Assembly (NCBI RefSeq): GCF_003945235.1
Contig: NZ_RSDW01000001.1
Location: 2,070,001-2,102,000 of the forward strand
Direction of reading: 5' to 3'
Source of the DNA: Edaphobacter aggregans
GTDB taxonomy: Bacteria > Acidobacteriota > Terriglobia > Terriglobales > Acidobacteriaceae
Length of the DNA: 32,000 nt
In this document: positions 1 through 7,791 of the stretch, piece by piece
Layout of the letters: the number at the start of each line of letters is the position of its first letter
Numbering within the stretch: the first letter of the stretch is position 1
Translations under genes and position numbers: made by a program
Notes under the pieces: generated by a model
Database searches by the model: none
The model's input: only the letters and a program-made list of their open reading frames with translations
What the model was told of the DNA's origin: nothing

Positions 1-1
1 C

Positions 2-790
2 ATCGACTGGGCTCTTGTTCAACCGCGCGTCGCTGAGACCACGCGAGTCTGTTCTTATGATCGGGCCGGGCTGGCGTGGAGTGATCCCGGACCCGCTGAC
101 GAGACCGTTGAGCAGACCATCTCTGATTTGCATAAACTCCTTGGGATTGCCGGAGAAAAGAGTCCGTATGTTTTGGTCGGCGCGTCCATCGGAGGCATCT
201 TCATCCGCGCCTATCAACGTGCGTATCCCGATCAGGTCGCTGGGTTGGTTTTCACCAACAGCGCCAATCGGGTGCGTCGACTCGTCAACGGCAAAGGCGG
301 GCTGATCTGGGATATGACGGAAGACGAGATACGGTCTACTTATCCGATGCCTGCATCGGCCAAGGGTTCCGCTCCGACGCGCGAGAACGATCCCTTCGAT
401 CGATTGCCACCGAGCTTGCAGGCGGTTCGACTTTGGATCGATGTGAAGCTTTGGCAGAAGTGGGACCCGACGAAAGAGGATCCCGGATCGATTCTGTCGT
501 GGCGGAAAGAATTTCTCAAAGAATTTACGGAGACTGATGAAGGCAAGGTGCGGCCTCTCGGCGCGCTTCCTGTCATCGTGTTGTCGAGCGGACCTGCTGC
601 GAGTGAATCGGAGCGAGGCTCTCGCAACGGCGCTGCGGCCCGCCTCGACTTTCTGAGTTCGAACACAGTGCATGTTACGGCGACCGGAAGTGGCCACGAG
701 ATTCATCTCTATCAGCCGGATCTCGTTGTGCAGACAGTGGTGCAAGCTGTCTCGGCGATTCGTAGCGGAACTCCCGTATCCCATCTTTAG
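2..790 (+). CDS. alpha/beta-fold hydrolase (5' end cut by window edge)
   Basis: Frame 2 is open from base 2 (IDWALVQPRVAETTRVCSYDRAGLAWSDPGP...) and runs into the listed 128..790 ORF. It has a nucleophile-elbow GASIGG (GxSxG) and a C-terminal SGHEIHLYQP histidine typical of the triad. Confidence 0.8.
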   Translation: MDWALVQPRVAETTRVCSYDRAGLAWSDPGPADETVEQTISDLHKLLGIAGEKSPYVLVGASIGGIFIRAYQRAYPDQVAGLVFTNSANRVRRLVNGKGGLIWDMTEDEIRSTYPMPASAKGSAPTRENDPFDRLPPSLQAVRLWIDVKLWQKWDPTKEDPGSILSWRKEFLKEFTETDEGKVRPLGALPVIVLSSGPAASESERGSRNGAAARLDFLSSNTVHVTATGSGHEIHLYQPDLVVQTVVQAVSAIRSGTPVSHL

Positions 791-1047
791 TTGTCGTGAG
801 TTAGCTCATTGAAACTGCACCAAGAGATGTTCCTGCACCAATGAGTCTGGTTTGGCGATTGTGCAATTCCTCAGAGGTCGTTGTAGGATGGCTCCAGATC
901 GTGGGCTTCTGGTCGTTGAGGCTCGGTCTTCCGGCCAGTTACGTGGGGGCCCGGATTCCATGCAGGTGTGCCGAATAGATTTTCTGCGAGGCGCTTCTGA
1001 GATCTCTACTGCATTGGGCATGCCGCGCTGGTGTTCTGCTTGCGGCC

Positions 1048-2442
1048 GTGACGACTTTCGACCTTGCCGCTAAGGCGGATATTGGGGTGGTGCTGGCTGA
1101 TCCCACCACGGTCGGGGTTTCGGTGTACACGCATGCGGGGCACTCGCTTGTGTACTTGTCAGGGGTTTGCGCGGCGTCTCCGATACGAGCGCGATTGTGC
1201 GGGGCCGGCGAACAGGGCTCGATCGTTACGACGTATCCTGACTTTCGCGAGACACGGGCGTATGGCTGGAACCTGGTTCCGTTGAGCCTTTATCTGCGTG
1301 GGTCGATGATACCTGATGGCCGGCTGTTGTATGGGTCGCGCGTGGTGAAGGAGGCGTTGGAAACGCGTGCCCGGGACGGGTTTTTTCAGGATGTCTGCGG
1401 GGACGGTCATTGTCCGCAGGTTGCACATAGTTTCTGGCGGGACCTTGTGGCTGCGAATGTGGTTCGCGACATCTTTATCTTTGCGGTGCACACGACGCGG
1501 GCCCAGGATCAGGCCGTTGTGGACTGGCTAAATGGCGATCCGAATGTGAATCATTACAATGGGTTTACGAATAATTGCGCTGTGTTTACGCGGTCACTGG
1601 TGAACCTGATCTTTCCGCACTCAGTGCATCGGGATTTTCCGAATGACCTTGGCATGATGGCTCCGAAGGCCGCTGCGCGGTCGTTTACCCACTGGGCGTT
1701 GAAGCGGCCGGAGCTGGGTTTTTACAGCATGCACTTTGCACAGCCACCCGGGGATCTGCCTCGTAGTGGATTGGCGCAGAGCGGCACGGAGACGGCGATT
1801 CACATGAAGAAGTATCTGATTCCCGCGGCGCTAATTGGCGATCACGAGGTGGCGGGATCTTTCTTTGTCGCCTACTTTCTGACGGGACGCTTTGGTTTGT
1901 ACAAGGAGTTTTCGCACCACCCAACGTCATCGATTGTTGGGCTTGAGGAGGATGCAAAGGCAGCGAAAGAAGATCGAGATGAGGCGGTGGTTTCTTCCTT
2001 GGAGGTTGCCGTACACGATGCTCGGGCAGCCGTGGTGGGGACAAAGGATGACTGGGCGGATTACCGGGAGCGGTTCGTCCTGCTGCAGAATTCGCCCGAG
2101 GTGCAAGAGTTCGCCGAACACCACAAGAATTTTTTCCCGCAGCTATTCGACAGTGGCAAGGCCAGCGTCGACGACGGAGGGAATCCCTGGCTGACGATCG
2201 AGGTGGGTGGTTTGGAACGGCGGGTGGGCGTCGGTAGTGGGAATGTGATGGCAGAGGAATCCGATCCTGAGCTTGCGTTCCAACTGATGCTCGGGCGCGT
2301 TGGCTATGTACTGCGGGCGAAGAATCATCTGCGGGAGACGATGGAAGAGTTTCAAAAAGATTGGGTGCTGCTGGAACAGACGCGGGATCGTCTGCTGTTT
2401 GGGCGGGAACAGCATTTGAGGGTTGCTAGCGCTGTTCGGTGA
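1048..2442 (+). CDS. hypothetical protein, possible permuted papain-like (His...Asn-Cys) thiol enzyme with helical C-terminal half
   Basis: 464-codon ORF with protein-like composition. It has an N-terminal VYTHAGHSLVYL histidine strand, and about 150 aa later NHYNGFTNNCAVFTRSLV, which resembles the NCxxF catalytic-Cys helix of LRAT/NlpC-P60, PPPDE and DUF4105-type folds. The GTG start at 1048 is the first canonical start after the stop at 976-978. Confidence 0.7.
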   Translation: MTTFDLAAKADIGVVLADPTTVGVSVYTHAGHSLVYLSGVCAASPIRARLCGAGEQGSIVTTYPDFRETRAYGWNLVPLSLYLRGSMIPDGRLLYGSRVVKEALETRARDGFFQDVCGDGHCPQVAHSFWRDLVAANVVRDIFIFAVHTTRAQDQAVVDWLNGDPNVNHYNGFTNNCAVFTRSLVNLIFPHSVHRDFPNDLGMMAPKAAARSFTHWALKRPELGFYSMHFAQPPGDLPRSGLAQSGTETAIHMKKYLIPAALIGDHEVAGSFFVAYFLTGRFGLYKEFSHHPTSSIVGLEEDAKAAKEDRDEAVVSSLEVAVHDARAAVVGTKDDWADYRERFVLLQNSPEVQEFAEHHKNFFPQLFDSGKASVDDGGNPWLTIEVGGLERRVGVGSGNVMAEESDPELAFQLMLGRVGYVLRAKNHLRETMEEFQKDWVLLEQTRDRLLFGREQHLRVASAVR

Positions 2443-2476
2443 TCTTGACACAGGTTTTGCAGTTCGACGTGGTGGC

Positions 2477-3541
2477 TTAGCCTTTGGTGCGGTCGGTGAA
2501 GCGGAAGAAGAGGGATTGTTTTGCTACGGGGGCTGCGAGGTCGTTGAGGGAGGCCATCTGGGTTTGCGAGAGAGGCGTGAACTCGCGGGCGATCTGGACG
2601 TTTTCTTCGAGCTGGGCGATGTTGTCGCAGCCGATGATGACGGTGCTGACGGGATGCGAGAGGGTGAAGCGCATGGCTTCGCGCATGTTCATGACACCCG
2701 AGCGCGTGGCTATGGCTGATCCCTCCCAGGAGTGTTGCTGCTGCTCGAGCGATGGCGGTGTCCAGGTGGAGAGGAGACGGCCGCGGGCGGGGACCTTCAT
2801 GCCGATGATGCCCATCTGCTTTTCGACGACGAGGGGAAGGAGCTGGTCGGTGAAGCTGTGGATGTGAGTGTCGGCGGCGTTGAGGGCCATGAGGATGGTG
2901 TCGAAGGGATAGCGATTGACGGCGTCGATGAGGGATTCAGGGCGGTAGTGGCCGGTGACGCCGAGGAAGCGGACGACTTTCTGGTCGTGCATCTCGATGA
3001 GGGCTTCCATGGCTCCGCCTTTGGCGAAGATGGCGTTGACGTCTTCGGGGAGGCCGACATCGTGGAGTTGCCAGAGATCGACGTGGTCGGTGTTGAGGAG
3101 CTTGAGGGATTTTTCGATCATGCGAAGGGAGGCTTCGCGGGTGCGCTCTTTGGTTTTGGTGGCGACGAAGGCCTCGTTGCGGCGGGTCTTCATGACCTGG
3201 CCTACGTATTGCTCACTCCAGCGGTCCGGGCCTCCGTAGATGGAGGAGGTGTCGATGTAGTTGACGCCGAGGTCGAGGGCTCGCTCGATAATGGGGACGG
3301 CGTTATCGAAGTTGTTGGGCTTTTCGAGTGCGGCCTGTCCGCCGAGGGAGAAGATGCCTACCTTGTAGCCGGTCTTGCCGAGGTTGCGGGTGGGCATCGC
3401 GGCTTGGGTTTTCGGATTGGCGGGGAGCGCGGGAAGCTGGTTGGTGGCGGCTTGTGCGCTATGGGCGAGGAGGCCTGCGGCCAGGGCTCCGCCGGTTTTG
3501 AGGAATTGGCGGCGGTCGGGGGAGGTGGGTGGCTGCTTCAT
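2477..3541 (-). CDS. aldo/keto reductase with twin-arginine (Tat) signal peptide
   Basis: The N-terminus MKQPPTSPDRRQFLKTGGALAAGLLAHSAQA carries an RRxFLK motif, a hydrophobic region and AxA. AKR hallmarks are present: YIDTSSIYG (Asp/Tyr), VATKTK (Lys), LWQLHD (His) and C-terminal VIIGCDNIAQLEEN. A GAGG Shine-Dalgarno lies upstream of the ATG. Confidence 0.9.
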   Translation of the reverse strand: MKQPPTSPDRRQFLKTGGALAAGLLAHSAQAATNQLPALPANPKTQAAMPTRNLGKTGYKVGIFSLGGQAALEKPNNFDNAVPIIERALDLGVNYIDTSSIYGGPDRWSEQYVGQVMKTRRNEAFVATKTKERTREASLRMIEKSLKLLNTDHVDLWQLHDVGLPEDVNAIFAKGGAMEALIEMHDQKVVRFLGVTGHYRPESLIDAVNRYPFDTILMALNAADTHIHSFTDQLLPLVVEKQMGIIGMKVPARGRLLSTWTPPSLEQQQHSWEGSAIATRSGVMNMREAMRFTLSHPVSTVIIGCDNIAQLEENVQIAREFTPLSQTQMASLNDLAAPVAKQSLFFRFTDRTKG

Positions 3542-3648
3542 TTCGGAGACCTCGGGGCGGCTGATGCCTTGCTACGCGCCAATTATATGGCCGAGGTTAC
3601 CGGGTATTGAACGAAGAGGTGTAAGCTGCCATTTTGCGGAGGGCACAG

Positions 3649-4524
3649 ATGATTCTTGTCGTTGGTGCAACCGGGCTGGTGGGTGGTGAGGTTTGCAAGA
3701 AACTGGCGTCGCGAGGCGAGAAGGTGCGGGCGCTTGTTCGTACGACGAGCTCGAAGGAGAAGGTGGAGGCTTTGCGGTCGGCGGGTGTGGAGCTTTGCGT
3801 CGGCGATTTGAAGGATCCTGACTCGCTTGCTGCTGCGTGTCGTAGTGTGGATGCGGTTATCTCTACGGCTTCGTCTACTCTTTCGCGGCAGGCTGGAGAT
3901 TCGATTGAGTCTGTCGACGGAGTGGGGCAGATGAATCTGGTGAACGCGGCGAAGGCTGCTAACGTTGAACGGTTTTTGTTTGTTTCTTTTCGCCGGCCAC
4001 CGGGCTTTTCTTTTCCGTTGGGCGATGCGAAGCGAGCGGTCGAGGAGGCGATTGCGAGCATGAACTTCACCGTGATTCAGGCGAGCTATTTCATGGAGGT
4101 TTGGTTAGGGCCGGAGCTGGGGTTCGATTATGCAAATGCTACGGCTCGCATCTGTGGGCCGGGTACGAGTCCGGTCAGTTGGGTTTCGTTTGTTGATGTC
4201 GCGGAGATGTGCGCGGTTGCGATTCGCCATCCTGCTGCTGAACGCAGGACGATTGAGTTTGGTGGGCCTGAGGCGATCAGCTTGATGGATGTGGTGAGCC
4301 TGTTTGAGAAGTTTGGCGGAAAAACGTTCAAGGTGGAACATGTTCCTGAAGAGGTGCTGCTTGCGCAGTTTGAGGGCGCTACGGATTCCATGCAGAAGAC
4401 GTTTGCGGCGCTGATGCTCGGGTCTATACGAGGGGACGCAATGGATATGAAGGCCGTTGCGGAGGAGTTCGGAATTAAGCTCGCTAGTATTGATGAATAT
4501 GCGTACGGGGTGTCGGGCGCGTAG
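3649..4524 (+). CDS. NmrA-like / atypical SDR NAD(P)-binding protein
   Basis: MILVVGATGLVGGEV is a Rossmann GxxGxxG at the N-terminus, and length and composition fit the NmrA/HSCARG family. I prefer ATG 3649, preceded by GGAGGG at 3638-3643, over the TTG at 3634 used in the ORF track. Confidence 0.85.
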   Translation: MILVVGATGLVGGEVCKKLASRGEKVRALVRTTSSKEKVEALRSAGVELCVGDLKDPDSLAAACRSVDAVISTASSTLSRQAGDSIESVDGVGQMNLVNAAKAANVERFLFVSFRRPPGFSFPLGDAKRAVEEAIASMNFTVIQASYFMEVWLGPELGFDYANATARICGPGTSPVSWVSFVDVAEMCAVAIRHPAAERRTIEFGGPEAISLMDVVSLFEKFGGKTFKVEHVPEEVLLAQFEGATDSMQKTFAALMLGSIRGDAMDMKAVAEEFGIKLASIDEYAYGVSGA

Positions 4525-4580
4525 AGAAATAGGTGAGGAGAACGACACCAACAGCAGTTTTCGGATTCATTCTCGGGAGA

Positions 4581-5669
4581 TCATTCGTCGGTGTTGGATG
4601 AAGCGATCTCCCTGGGGCGGGTTTCGGAATGGAAGAAGTTGGCCTGGGCTTCGATGGGGGCGGTTTTTTGGGTGAGGGCGGCCATCTGGGCCTGGGACAG
4701 GGGGTTGAACTCGCGGGCGATCTGCACGTTTTCTTCGAGCTGCGCGATGTCGTCGCAGCCGATGATAACGGTGCTGACGGGGAGCGAGAGAACGTAGCGC
4801 GTGGCCTCGCGTATGGTCAGCGTTCCGGGGCGAGTGGCTACGCCCTCCCAGGAGCGCTTCTGCACTTCGACGGGTGGCGGAGTCCAGCTGGAGAGGATAC
4901 GTCCGCGCGAGGCGATCTTCATGCCGAAGATGCCCATCTCCTTTTCGACAGCGAGGGGGAGGAGCTTTGCGGTGAAACTGTGCGGGCTTAGGGAGTCGGC
5001 TGCGTTGATGGCCAGCAGGACAGCGTCGAACGGATGACGGTTGATGAGGTCGATGATGGGTTCGGGGTGGTAGTGGGCGGCGACACCGAGATTGCGGACG
5101 ACCTTCTGGTCCTGCATCTGGGTGAAGGCTTCCATGGCGCCGCCTTTGGCAAAGACGGCGTCGACCTCCTCGGGGATGCCGATGTTGTGGAGCAACCAGA
5201 GATCGAGGTGGTCGGTCTTCATGAGCTTGAGAGACTGTTCGATATCACGGAGGGCGGCGTCGCGGGTGCGTTCCCTGGATTTGGTGACGAGGTAGACGTC
5301 GTTGCGTCGGTGTTGCATGACGCGGCCTATGTATTGCTCGCTCCAGCGCTCGGGGAAGCCGTATCTGGCGGCGGTATCGATGAAGTTGACGCCGAGGTCG
5401 AGGGCTCGCTCGATGAGGGGGACTGCGAGATCGAAGTTGTTGGGTTTTTCGAGCGCGCTCTGGCCGCCGAGGGAGAAGAGGCCAACTTTAAAGCCGGTCT
5501 TTCCGAAGTTGCGCGTGGGCATGGAGGTCTGCGTCTTCTGATTGAAGGGCAGGGCAGGAAGCTGGTTCTGCGCGGCCTGAGCCTTGTGGGAGAGAAGGCC
5601 CGCGGCTGCGAGGGCTCCTCCGGTTTTTAGAAATTGGCGGCGGTCGGGGAAGGAGGAGGGCTGCTTCAT
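4581..5669 (-). CDS. aldo/keto reductase with Tat signal peptide (paralog of 2477..3541)
   Basis: The internal Met gives MKQPSSFPDRRQFLKTGGALAAAGLLSHKAQA, nearly identical to the paralog N-terminus. The same GAGGTCTCCG start context is present. AKR residues are conserved (FIDTAARYG, VTKSR, LWLLHN). The ORF-track extension to 5747 adds a non-homologous 26-aa leader. Confidence 0.9.
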   Translation of the reverse strand: MKQPSSFPDRRQFLKTGGALAAAGLLSHKAQAAQNQLPALPFNQKTQTSMPTRNFGKTGFKVGLFSLGGQSALEKPNNFDLAVPLIERALDLGVNFIDTAARYGFPERWSEQYIGRVMQHRRNDVYLVTKSRERTRDAALRDIEQSLKLMKTDHLDLWLLHNIGIPEEVDAVFAKGGAMEAFTQMQDQKVVRNLGVAAHYHPEPIIDLINRHPFDAVLLAINAADSLSPHSFTAKLLPLAVEKEMGIFGMKIASRGRILSSWTPPPVEVQKRSWEGVATRPGTLTIREATRYVLSLPVSTVIIGCDDIAQLEENVQIAREFNPLSQAQMAALTQKTAPIEAQANFFHSETRPREIASSNTDE

Positions 5670-5772
5670 CGGAGACCTCTCAGGAGATGAGGATGGGCCC
5701 GCGCTGATTTTACTCCTGGTGCGATAAGGCAACTGCAAAAGCGACATTTGAGGTCAGGGTTTGGCTAACAGC

Positions 5773-6210
5773 TCATACTTGATCCATGAGCTGCTTCGAC
5801 GGTGAATAAGCAACTTTCCAACCAGCGAAGCAACCTAATATCCCACAAGACGCGCATCGCTCGCCGACATATAGCCATCGTATTTCGCCATCTTCATAAA
5901 CCGAGAAGCCGACTCCAATGTTGGCTGACTTAGAGCCGCATTCGGCACATTTCCATTCTTCGGGATTGGAATTTGTCCACCATTCTTGGCTATCGCAAAC
6001 GAAGTGAGCTTCTCCGCAGAAAGAGCATATTCGTTTTGCACATCCTTCGTCATCGTCAGCAAAAAAGAAGAACTCGTCTCGTCCACATTTGCATTTTGCA
6101 AGTCGAAATTCGTGAGTTTTGTATCCTCCGGACGAGTATGCTTCAAGGTATTCCTTCAAATCTTCCGGCTGACTACCCACCCACCACTTTCCTGATTTAT
6201 CGATCGCCAT
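5773..6210 (-). CDS. hypothetical Cys-rich protein with two zinc-ribbon-like modules
   Basis: 145-aa ORF with four paired-Cys knuckles (CKCG, CSFCG, CAECG, CASCG) arranged as two similar halves. It starts 25 nt after the thrC stop on the same strand. Base composition is clearly AT-richer than the flanks. Confidence 0.65.
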   Translation of the reverse strand: MAIDKSGKWWVGSQPEDLKEYLEAYSSGGYKTHEFRLAKCKCGRDEFFFFADDDEGCAKRICSFCGEAHFVCDSQEWWTNSNPEEWKCAECGSKSANIGVGFSVYEDGEIRWLYVGERCASCGILGCFAGWKVAYSPSKQLMDQV

Positions 6211-6235
6211 ATCGTGCTTTCTCTTGGTCGGATTT

Positions 6236-7492
6236 TTACTGCGGGGTGATGATGCCTCCTACGGGAAGGCTGGTGGGTAGGGTGCCGGGGCGGCGGAGGT
6301 GCATGGCTTCGGCGATCATGTCGGTGTACTTGAGGCCTGCTCCGGTGTTGAAGAGGACTACTTTGTCGGTGGGCTTGAGTTCGCCTGAGGCGATGAGCTG
6401 GTCGTAGGCAGCAGTGGCGGCGGCTCCTTCGGGTGAGAGGAAGAGGCCTTCGTGCTTGGCCCAGTCGAGGATGCTGGTGAGGATGGCTTCGTCGGGCGAG
6501 GAGATGGCTTTGCCGCCGGATTGGGCGAGGATGTCGAGGATGATGTAGTCTCCGTAGGGCTTGGGGACGCGGAGGCCAGCGGCGAAGGTGGCGGCGTTCT
6601 GGTAGAACTCGCTGGTGGATTTGTGCTGGTCGTAGGCGGTGGTGATGGGGGCGCAGCCGGCGGCTTGCAGGGCGTACATCTTTGGGCGTTTGCCCGTGAC
6701 CCAGCCCAAGGCTTCCATCTCTTCGAAGGCCTTCCACATGCCGATGAGGCCTACGCCTCCGCCGGTAGGGTAGAAGACGGCGTCGGGGTAGGTCCAGCCT
6801 AGCTGTTCGACTAGTTCGTAGCCCATGGTCTTTTTGCCTTCTACGCGGAAGGGCTCTTTGAGGGTGGAGATGTCGAACCAGATTTGTTCGGGCGGGGTGT
6901 TGGCTTCGCGCTGGGCCTTGATGTTTTCGCCGACCATGCGGGCGCAGTCGGAGATGAGGCCGTCGACCATGGTGACGTCGGCTCCGTAGAGGATGCCTTC
7001 GAGGTAGTTGGCGAAGGGGACGTCCTGGGGCATGAAGATGTGGGCTTTGATATCGGCGGCGGCGGCGTAGGCGGCTAGTGCTCCGGCGGCGTTGCCTGCA
7101 GAGGGGACGGCGAGGTGCTGGAGGCCGTAGTGCTTTGCCATGGTGACGGCGAGGCCGAGGCCTCGGGCTTTGAAAGTGCCGGTGGGGTTGGCGCCTTCTT
7201 CCTTGATGTAGAGGCCAGGGTAGCGCTTGCTGTGGAGCATGGGCGTCCAGCCTTCGCCGAGGGTGACCGGGGTTACGTCGGGGAGGACGTCGGCGTAGCG
7301 CCACATGCCCAGGCTGGTTGCGGATGCTGCGGCTTTTTGGGCGGGAGCTTCGCGCTTGGCGGTTTGCTTGAGCTTGTCCATGTCGTAGCGGACGTAGAGG
7401 GAGCCGGCGCAGAGGGGGCAGAGGGTTTGCGGGGTGTCGGCGGAGACGTGGTGGTGGCAGCGAGAGCACTCGAGGGAGGTGATAGCGGGCAT
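6236..7492 (-). CDS. thrC: threonine synthase
   Basis: N-terminal zinc ribbon (CSRCHHHV...CPLCAGSL), PLP-lysine motif NPTGTFKARG, and full-length similarity to short-type ThrC. I prefer the start at ATG 7492 (MPAITSLECSRC). The 7546 GTG extension would be encoded by an intergenic repeat. Confidence 0.9.
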   Translation of the reverse strand: MPAITSLECSRCHHHVSADTPQTLCPLCAGSLYVRYDMDKLKQTAKREAPAQKAAASATSLGMWRYADVLPDVTPVTLGEGWTPMLHSKRYPGLYIKEEGANPTGTFKARGLGLAVTMAKHYGLQHLAVPSAGNAAGALAAYAAAADIKAHIFMPQDVPFANYLEGILYGADVTMVDGLISDCARMVGENIKAQREANTPPEQIWFDISTLKEPFRVEGKKTMGYELVEQLGWTYPDAVFYPTGGGVGLIGMWKAFEEMEALGWVTGKRPKMYALQAAGCAPITTAYDQHKSTSEFYQNAATFAAGLRVPKPYGDYIILDILAQSGGKAISSPDEAILTSILDWAKHEGLFLSPEGAAATAAYDQLIASGELKPTDKVVLFNTGAGLKYTDMIAEAMHLRRPGTLPTSLPVGGIITPQ

Positions 7493-7512
7493 AGATTCAA
7501 TCGTACTAAGAA

Positions 7513-7540
7513 ATGAAGGCCTAACACCGATCCGCACCGA
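7513..7540. repeat. copy A of short intergenic repeat ATGAAGGCCTAACACCGAT(+ CCGCACCGA)
   Basis: A 19-nt stretch at 7513-7531 is identical to 14598-14616, and the next 9 nt match at 6/9. It lies 21 nt from the thrC start codon. Confidence 0.6.
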
Positions 7541-7596
7541 GGGCACCGATTAAAAACAGACAACGACAAAGACGAAATGCGGGGTCTCTCTACTGC

Positions 7597-7623
7597 GCAG
7601 CTCACGATAAAACTGTGAGCTGC
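7597..7623. other. perfect 9-bp stem hairpin inside the repeat region
   Basis: GCAGCTCAC (7597-7605), 9-nt loop GATAAAACT, then GTGAGCTGC (7615-7623). There is no adjacent U-run on either strand, so it is not a canonical terminator. Confidence 0.6.
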
Positions 7624-7775
7624 TTCGGTCGAGATGACGATTTTGGGCCGGACGGTGAAAAGCGAAAGGCAACAGCAGATCCCTGCGGGATGACAACCAA
7701 AAGAGCAAAACAACCGCAACGGCAACAGCAACCGCAACGGCAAAGCAGGTTCCCTTCGGGGATGACAAACAAGAA
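7622..7775. repeat. cluster of three CxxCGG(N)GATGAC(A/G)A motifs plus a 15-nt tandem duplication
   Basis: The three motifs are GCTTCGGTCGAGATGACGA (about 7622-7640), CCCTGCGGGATGACAACCAAAAGAGC (7681-7706) and CCCTTCGGGGATGACAAACAAGAAAGC (7752-7778). CAACCGCAACGGCAA occurs twice (7711-7725 and 7729-7743), separated by CAG. Confidence 0.55.
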
Positions 7776-7791
7776 AGCGACAACGCGATTA

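Noticed and set aside
806-1073. Small ORFs 806-1021 (-) and 852-1073 (+) in the spacer after the hydrolase gene
   Set aside because: They have no RBS and an Arg/Ser/Pro-rich composition. They overlap each other and the candidate leader of the downstream gene.
2732-3610. 292-aa plus-strand ORF (and 5034-5630) opposite the two aldo/keto reductases
   Set aside because: These are G/E/D/V-rich antisense translations. The AKR frames have catalytic motifs and Tat leaders.
5670-5747. Longer N-terminus (start 5747) for the second AKR, and start 23582 for the kinase, 7546 for thrC and 20164 for the aminotransferase
   Set aside because: In each case an internal ATG reproduces the conserved family N-terminus or the paralog N-terminus and has a better RBS. 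The extensions lie in repeat or spacer DNA.
6156-7469. 437-aa minus-strand ORF overlapping thrC in another frame
   Set aside because: The composition is extreme Arg/Pro/His (RRRPPRRNPGHPRRR...), typical of an off-frame read of GC-rich coding DNA. The thrC frame has clear family motifs.
7711-7743. Possible CRISPR or minisatellite from the duplicated CAACCGCAACGGCAA
   Set aside because: There are only two 15-nt units separated by 3 nt, with no spacer-repeat architecture and no cas genes. It is a simple tandem duplication.
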